Shown here: piece after piece, positions 58,401 to 64,000 of the stretch | How positions within the stretch are numbered: position 1 is the stretch's first letter | Layout of the letters: each line of letters begins with the position of its first letter | Virus record (IMG/VR): IMGVR_UViG_3300017917_001996 | Span: 124,001-188,000 of that record | Reading direction: 5' to 3' (one strand) | Length of the DNA: 64,000 nt | Program-made: the position numbers and the translations under genes | The notes under the pieces: model-generated | What the model was told of the DNA's origin: nothing | Seen by the model: only the letters and a program-made list of their open reading frames with translations | Databases searched by the model: none

Positions 58401-61400
58401 AGTTATGCTTTACAAGTTGTTGGAATGGGTGTAAGCGTTAATACTACTGGCGCAACAACAGGTTTTGTAATTCAATCGACATCAACTGACACCGTAACTT
58501 TCACTGGAAGTTATGACGATTTTGATCTTAGCGGATTTGCTGGAACATTGTCAAATACTGCTAGAAGTATCTACGGTAATTTAGTTATTCCAGCCTCGGT
58601 TACACTATCGTCGGGTACTGCTGTTACTACTTTTGCATCTCTAACCGGTCAAAATGCCGCCACTAAAACAATTACAACCAACGGCAAGACTATACCATTT
58701 CCTGTTACCGTTAACAGTGCCGCCAGTGGTTACTCGTTCCAATTAGCCGACAATTTAACTTTAAACACCGCAGTTGCAACTAACATCTTGACATTAACAG
58801 CCGGAACTTTAGATCTTAGTAATCAAGTAGTAACTGCATATGCCTTGAGTTCTAATAACTCAAATGTTAGATCTATTAACTTTGGTGCATCAGGACAAAT
58901 TATTTTAACCGCTAGTGCAGCAACAGTGGTTGATTTTACCACCGCTTCAAATTTTACATACACTGGAATTCCCTATATCTATACTAACTACGCCGGTGCT
59001 ACTGGAACTAGAACGATCAACTTTGGCGGCACTGCTGGCGCAATTACAACAAATGTTTTTGACATTACATCTAACATTTCCGGTCCAGGTTTAGTTATCG
59101 ATCCAACCGCAACTGATACAATAAGTTTAACCGGCGGCTTTGGCGCAGTTAACCTTACCGGAATATCTGCAACCATTGGTAATGCTGCTAGAACTATCTA
59201 TGGTAATTTGACCGTTCCGGCCTCAGGCGGCGCACTAACAGCAGGCACCGCAACAACTACATTATCTTCTGCAGCACTGCCTCGGAACGACAGTTACAGC
59301 ACATACTTCAGCGGAACGTCTAGAGCAACTATACCAAATTCTCCAACTTTTAATTTTGGATCGGACGCTTTTACTATAGAAGCCTGGATTTATCTTACCG
59401 GAGACCTAACAGGCGAAAACCTAATAGTCAGCTTATACGGTTACACCGATAATAGAAGATCTTGGTATTTTGGAACGCGGCTCGGAGTACTTGAATTTAG
59501 GTACGACAATGATGGAACTCTTGCAACATCAGTTAATGGAGCCACTCCGCTTTCTTTAAGAGTATGGTACCATGTAGCTGTGGTAAGGTCAACCGGAGTT
59601 AAAATATATTTAAATGGTGTACTGGATGGATCTCGCGCTACTATGGCATCCACATTGTACAATAACACTGTAGACCCTGTTTTGATAGGTGCAGTAGGAC
59701 CAAACTTAGCTGGACATTTCCCTGGCTATATTTCAAACCTACGGATAGTACGCGGTGTTGAAGTTTACACTGGTAATTTTACAGTACCAACTGGCCCATT
59801 GGGGGTTACACAACCTGCAGATACAAACATTAGCGAAATTACTGGTACACAGACAATTTTATTAACTTGCCGCAAACCTACCTTTGTTGATGATAGTACC
59901 TATGGTTGGTCAATAACACCGGTTTCAACTAGTCAGTCAGTTACCAGCCCATTTGTCTTAATAGCCTCTACTTCTGTGATAACAACTAATGAAAGAACAT
60001 TAGACTTTCCGGTCACAGTTGACCCAACTGCCGCCGGAGCAGTTCAACTTTCGGGTAACCTAACATTAGGCAGTACCAGATCACTTACCTTAACACAAGG
60101 ATCGTTGTTGCTTAACGAGAAATCTTTAACAGCACAAACATTTATTTCTAGTAACTCGAATACAAGATCAATTGATTTTGGTTTAACTGGTCGAATAATT
60201 GTAACAGGCAATGCAGCAACATTAGTCAATTTTACCACCGCAACCAATTTTACTTATTCTGGCGTGCCCTACATCTACAGTAATTACACAGGAGCCACTG
60301 GCACAAGAACTTTTAACTTTGGTGGTACAGCTGGTGCAAGTTCTAGTAATGCTTTTGATGTTACAACCAGCACTGCTGGCACAGGATTAATTATTGGGTC
60401 TACTGCTACCGATACTGTGGCACTAACTGGTGTGTTTGACAATGTTGATCTAACAGGGCTAACTTCTGTGCTCAGCAATACTGCGAGAACTGTTTACGGC
60501 AATTTAACAATTCCGGCAACAGGAGGAACATTAACAGCCGGTGCAGCAGCAACTACGCTATCATCAATATCTCTTCCTAACATTAACGGATACAGTGTTT
60601 ATTTTAATGGACTGTCATACCTTCAAGTAGAACATGACTCTTCGTTAGAATTTGGCACGGGTGCATTTACAGCAGAAGCTTGGATTTTTATCAACTTAGT
60701 AGGAAGCCCTCAAACCATTTTTAATAAAGCACCAGACTCAACACCACAGTCAGGTTGGCTCTTACAAGTATCTAGGGCAATGACACTTATTACTCGAGTC
60801 GGAGCCATACCTTACGCTAGTGGAATTTCGTTATCTTTATTTACTTGGTATCATGTTGCATTAATAAGAGACAATGCTGGTAATGTGTATCTAAGCGTAA
60901 ACGGAGCAGTTTCGCAAGTGGGGGTATCGAGTGCTAACTTGAGTCAAGTTACTCCGTTGAGAGTCGGAACAGCCATTTCTAGTGGTGCAGAGTTCCGTGG
61001 TTACATCAGCAACGCAAGACTTGTTAAAGGTGTGGCTCTCTATACTTCAAACTTTACACCTAGTACATCTCCACTGACGGCCTCAGCCGAAACAGTCTTC
61101 TTAGGATTACAAAATATCACGTTTGTTGATAATAGCACCTATGCAAAGACAATAAATGTAATTTCAGGAGCAGTTACTTCGACAAGCTCTCCTTTTCCAC
61201 TTTCTGAAATTAGTACCTCGTTGATAACTACAAACGGTCGCACACTAGATTTTCCGATTATTGTTGGTGATCCTGCAAATACCACTAACGTTGTTAAACT
61301 AGCAGGCAATCTTACACTAGGATCTACTAGGGCCCTAACGTTTAGTTACGGAACGTTAAATCTCAATGACTCTGTACTGACAGCTAGTGCATTTAGTTCA

Positions 61401-63434
61401 AGCAACAGCAATGGCAGAGACTTAGTTTTTGGAACATCTGGTCGACTACAATTAACCGGTAGCAGTGCCACCATTCTGGATATCAGCACAATCACTAACT
61501 TTAGTTATTCGGGAACTCCATATATTCAAAGTAGCTACACCGGATCGGTAGGCACTAGAACGTTTAACGTTGGAACATCTGGTGCTTTAGTTTCACAAGT
61601 CTTTGACGTAGCGACCAGTGGTACCACTGGTATAGTAATTGGTGTAGCAACAGACACAGTTGCGCTAACTGGTACATTTAACAACGTAAACTTAACTGGG
61701 TTAACAAACACTTTAAGTAATACTGTTAGAACCATTTATGGTAACTTGATTGTTCCGGCAACAGGCGGAACACTAACCGCTGGAACATCGGCAACTACAA
61801 TAGGAGCACCGACGGTACCTAATGTCAATGGTTACAGTGTTTATTTCAACGGAACTGGTACTTATTTAACAGCTCCGGCAGAAGCAGGTAATTTTGCAGG
61901 AGCGTTTACGGTTGAGGGATGGGTATATATACCCGCAGCAACCCATGCTCTGAGACTTTTTGTAAGCACATATCTTAATTCTACTACCGGTTGGTCAATA
62001 GGCACGGATGCAAACGGATATCTATCAGCGTGGCTAACTGGCGATGTAGCAGACATAACCGGAAGCACATCAATGACTTTGAATGCTTGGCATCATTTTG
62101 CATTATCTGGTCAAACAGGATCTATTAATTTATTTTTAAATGGAATACAGCAAGGAGCAACTTATACAGGTGGAACAACTATCAGTTCTGGCGGATTACT
62201 AACCCTGGGTGTAACGTCAACGGCTTTTCAAAATCTTTTGACAGGCTATTTAAGTAACATACGAATACTTAAAGGACAGGCGTTATATACATCGAATTTT
62301 ACCGTTCCTACTGCACCACTAACAGCAATTGAAAATACAAGTTTGTTGACCTGCCAAAATACTACAATAGTAGATAACAGTACCAATAATTATACTATTA
62401 CAAAAACAGGTTCTCCGTCTGTAAGTAGTCTAAGTCCTTTTGCAGTAGAGCCCGGTACGGTTCAATTGACAACCAATGGACGAACTCTTGATTTCCCTAT
62501 CACTTTCGGTGAATTAACTAACGGATCAGGTGTAGTAAAATTAGATGGTGCGTTAACATTAGGAAGTACCAGATCTGTTACTCATACTATTGGTACCTTA
62601 GATTTAAATGATTTTACTTTAACTGCATTAACGTATGTTTCTAATATTGGCAACAACAGATCTATTAATTTTAGATCAACGGGTCTAATTGTGTTGTCTG
62701 GTAGCGCCGCAACAGTATGGGACACATCTACAGGTACAGGTTTCTCCTGGTCGGGTAACTTTCAAGTTAATTCAACATACGCCGGATCCACTGGAACTAG
62801 AACATTTAACTTTGGAAATATCTCCGAAACATATGCACCTAATGTTAAGGTTAGCACAGGAGCAGGCGTGTTTAGTTTAGGTACTGCTGCTGATGTAAAA
62901 GTAGTTACAGGATCTATAAATGACTTTGACCTAACTAGTTTTGCTGGTAACTTAAACAACAGCACAAGAACTATTTACGGTAATTTAACTATACCATCAA
63001 CTGGGGGAAATATAATTGCTGGTACTTCGACAACCACATTTGGTTCAACTTCAGGTGTAGTTAAAACTGTTAACACCAATGCTAGAACAACGGATTTTCC
63101 GTATACCTTTGACGGAGTTGGTGGTAACTGGCAGCTGACAAATAATTTAGTAACTAGCGCAAGTCGTATAGTAACACTAACCAATGGTACTGTTGATTTT
63201 AATCAGAAATCAGTAACCGCTGCTAACATTAGAGTATTAACTGGAAATGCTGCACTAACCAATTTATCAACGACATTAAATATTGTACACACCAGTGGAA
63301 ATTTAACAATCAATTCAGGAACCATCAATAGCGCAACAACTGGTACATATACATTAACAGCAGGTAATTTAATTTTGAGCGGACCTTTAAGCACTGGAGC
63401 ATTTACCAATAACGGTGGGGGAATTTTGTTATGA
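55413..63434 (+). CDS. Giant T/S/N/G-rich beta-solenoid adhesin with three inserted LamG domains
   Basis: MADRYWVGGTG.W...NWS..SGG..GASVP N-domain; long repeats (LTLT.GTL, FSSSNSN.R..NFG, DFP.TF); three LamG motif sets. Confidence 0.85.
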   Translation: MADRYWVGGTGTWNTLSTTNWSATSGGSGGASVPTAADSVFFDQATTYTVTMTGALNCLDITVSAGTVTFATGTTPTLSVAGNWSTIANTVWNSTGTITFTSRTARTINSNNITIAAPVIFNGIDGSWTLQNNFITSSTSGTTLTNGTLSLDTYTLQTSAFSSSNSNNRTINFNTGKISIVASANATVWNTSTVTNFSYNGTPTVEFSGGGVSPVTKTINTGVMSEAQALDFRIIDTGGSPRYAFTTGNTVGNLTINGAQTINNIAITILKSFTHETTNGTTSFTGGANAWTFAATSGNHTINNISGFSYAFPWTFGSASSTATWTLANNLNISTSNLTLTNGTLDFNSKTLTAGGIVILTGTPSIANTGTGSFTTSVPITHTSGTFTLPFNVTTTSASGYTLTAGTLALGTNTLTTTIFSSSNSNTRTLNFGTGKIILTAGGTVTLWNTATVTNLSVSGTPLVESIAPGTSVTKTINTGALSEANAISFSLLTGGGSTGVTYAFTSGNTVKDLVINGSGQIISNISILIYGSFTHSTANGTTTFTAGTSAWTFAATSGNYNINNIAGFTYDFPWTFGSAASTATWTLANNLTLGATRQLTLTNGTLDFNSKTLSAAGITIQTGSPTIANTGTGSFTTTLPFTHTSGTFTLPFNVTTSSATGYTLTAGTLALGTNTLTTLVFSSSNSNSRTLNFGNGKIVLNGSVTATIWNTSTVTGMTVTGTSLVESIGGGSGVTKTITPGGLSEANAINFSLLNTSGTVTYTITAGAVSNLIVNGVQTLNNTALTIYDNFTHLTTNGTTTFTAGTNAWTFAATSGTHNLGFIQGFTYDFPWTFNGIGGTWVLPNNLTLGATRALTLTNGTVDFNSKTVSASGITVVTGSATATNLTTTLNLTHTSGTLTLGSATTVNNYTLTAGTINLNFDLTCATFSSNNTNTRTIVIPPQSALTIFVTGSNATIVDVSNATNFSFSGVFKFASTYTGSTGTRVFNYGSSGITSYALQVVGMGVSVNTTGATTGFVIQSTSTDTVTFTGSYDDFDLSGFAGTLSNTARSIYGNLVIPASVTLSSGTAVTTFASLTGQNAATKTITTNGKTIPFPVTVNSAASGYSFQLADNLTLNTAVATNILTLTAGTLDLSNQVVTAYALSSNNSNVRSINFGASGQIILTASAATVVDFTTASNFTYTGIPYIYTNYAGATGTRTINFGGTAGAITTNVFDITSNISGPGLVIDPTATDTISLTGGFGAVNLTGISATIGNAARTIYGNLTVPASGGALTAGTATTTLSSAALPRNDSYSTYFSGTSRATIPNSPTFNFGSDAFTIEAWIYLTGDLTGENLIVSLYGYTDNRRSWYFGTRLGVLEFRYDNDGTLATSVNGATPLSLRVWYHVAVVRSTGVKIYLNGVLDGSRATMASTLYNNTVDPVLIGAVGPNLAGHFPGYISNLRIVRGVEVYTGNFTVPTGPLGVTQPADTNISEITGTQTILLTCRKPTFVDDSTYGWSITPVSTSQSVTSPFVLIASTSVITTNERTLDFPVTVDPTAAGAVQLSGNLTLGSTRSLTLTQGSLLLNEKSLTAQTFISSNSNTRSIDFGLTGRIIVTGNAATLVNFTTATNFTYSGVPYIYSNYTGATGTRTFNFGGTAGASSSNAFDVTTSTAGTGLIIGSTATDTVALTGVFDNVDLTGLTSVLSNTARTVYGNLTIPATGGTLTAGAAATTLSSISLPNINGYSVYFNGLSYLQVEHDSSLEFGTGAFTAEAWIFINLVGSPQTIFNKAPDSTPQSGWLLQVSRAMTLITRVGAIPYASGISLSLFTWYHVALIRDNAGNVYLSVNGAVSQVGVSSANLSQVTPLRVGTAISSGAEFRGYISNARLVKGVALYTSNFTPSTSPLTASAETVFLGLQNITFVDNSTYAKTINVISGAVTSTSSPFPLSEISTSLITTNGRTLDFPIIVGDPANTTNVVKLAGNLTLGSTRALTFSYGTLNLNDSVLTASAFSSSNSNGRDLVFGTSGRLQLTGSSATILDISTITNFSYSGTPYIQSSYTGSVGTRTFNVGTSGALVSQVFDVATSGTTGIVIGVATDTVALTGTFNNVNLTGLTNTLSNTVRTIYGNLIVPATGGTLTAGTSATTIGAPTVPNVNGYSVYFNGTGTYLTAPAEAGNFAGAFTVEGWVYIPAATHALRLFVSTYLNSTTGWSIGTDANGYLSAWLTGDVADITGSTSMTLNAWHHFALSGQTGSINLFLNGIQQGATYTGGTTISSGGLLTLGVTSTAFQNLLTGYLSNIRILKGQALYTSNFTVPTAPLTAIENTSLLTCQNTTIVDNSTNNYTITKTGSPSVSSLSPFAVEPGTVQLTTNGRTLDFPITFGELTNGSGVVKLDGALTLGSTRSVTHTIGTLDLNDFTLTALTYVSNIGNNRSINFRSTGLIVLSGSAATVWDTSTGTGFSWSGNFQVNSTYAGSTGTRTFNFGNISETYAPNVKVSTGAGVFSLGTAADVKVVTGSINDFDLTSFAGNLNNSTRTIYGNLTIPSTGGNIIAGTSTTTFGSTSGVVKTVNTNARTTDFPYTFDGVGGNWQLTNNLVTSASRIVTLTNGTVDFNQKSVTAANIRVLTGNAALTNLSTTLNIVHTSGNLTINSGTINSATTGTYTLTAGNLILSGPLSTGAFTNNGGGILL

Positions 63435-64000
63435 GTGACTTAACAGTTACTTCTTTTGTATCAACAGGAACCACTGCACGTAGCATTGATTTTAGTACTG
63501 GCAATATAATAGTGGCCAACAATGCAGGTGGTACATTAATTAATATGACTGCCACTGGTTTAACCGCTACCGGAGAGAGCACCGGCAATGGATTTATCGT
63601 TCAAAACAATAGCGCGAATGCTACAACATTAACCTTTGGGGCATTTACAGAACCCAACGCAATGAACTTGTCTATTGACCGTGGTACATATGCATTAACC
63701 CTAGCATCCAGTGGCGCATATAGAAACTTAAATTTTACTGGATTTGCAGGTTCTCTAACTAACGTAGCAAGTTCTATATATGGAAACTTGATATTGTCTA
63801 CTGGAATGACTCTAGTAGCTGGTACCGCTGCTTGGACACTAGCTGCAACAACAGACAATTGGACTGTCACCACAAATGGCAAAACTCTTGATTTCCCTCT
63901 TACCTTCGGTACTGCTACTAGTGCATTGGCTACCTGGATCTTACAAGATGCACTTACACTAGGAACAACCAGACTTTTAACTCTTACCGGCGGTAATTTA
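63431..64000 (+). CDS. Next solenoid adhesin of the same repeat family, 3'-truncated by the window edge
   Basis: ATG overlaps the upstream stop (ATGA); open to the window end: MSDLTVTSFVSTGTTARSIDFSTGNII...TTNGKTLDFPLTFG...LTLTGGNL. Confidence 0.8.
   Translation, partial: MSDLTVTSFVSTGTTARSIDFSTGNIIVANNAGGTLINMTATGLTATGESTGNGFIVQNNSANATTLTFGAFTEPNAMNLSIDRGTYALTLASSGAYRNLNFTGFAGSLTNVASSIYGNLILSTGMTLVAGTAAWTLAATTDNWTVTTNGKTLDFPLTFGTATSALATWILQDALTLGTTRLLTLTGGNL

Noticed and set aside
2-63434. Stop-codon reassignment (no called gene ends in TAG)
   Set aside because: All genes read through intact under code 11 without in-frame TAG or TGA; low TAG use alone is not evidence of recoding.
1-64000. 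tRNA, rRNA, introns, inteins, homing endonucleases, invertase-type fibre switching
   Set aside because: Intergenic gaps are short and accounted for, head genes are uninterrupted, and there is no recombinase or inverted cassette since all genes are on one strand.

Overview
The window is a late (virion) gene region of a large T4-like myophage, standard genetic code, with every real gene on the + strand. Bases 1-5.9 kb hold the T4-type head module: portal gp20 (5'-truncated), two small or acidic prohead-core genes, protease gp21, scaffold gp22 and major capsid gp23. A proteobacterial-type fatty-acid desaturase and an Ig-domain protein follow; the latter has a structured 5' leader RNA. From 7.5 kb to the end are about 32 consecutive fibre, adhesin, adaptor and chaperone genes (collagen-like stalks, beta-propellers, LamG, Calx-beta/Ig, Gly-rich and solenoid domains). 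Fifteen intergenic TAAATA late-promoter boxes punctuate the window. The most notable pattern is a repeated connector grammar: the C-terminal motif of one fibre gene predicts the N-terminal domain or small adaptor gene that follows, suggesting a modular plug-and-socket fibre assembly system. Other highlights are the candidate structured RNA at 6675-6726 and a hairpin/uORF at the start of the 1906-aa gene. All family assignments are from motif recognition by eye; no searches were run.
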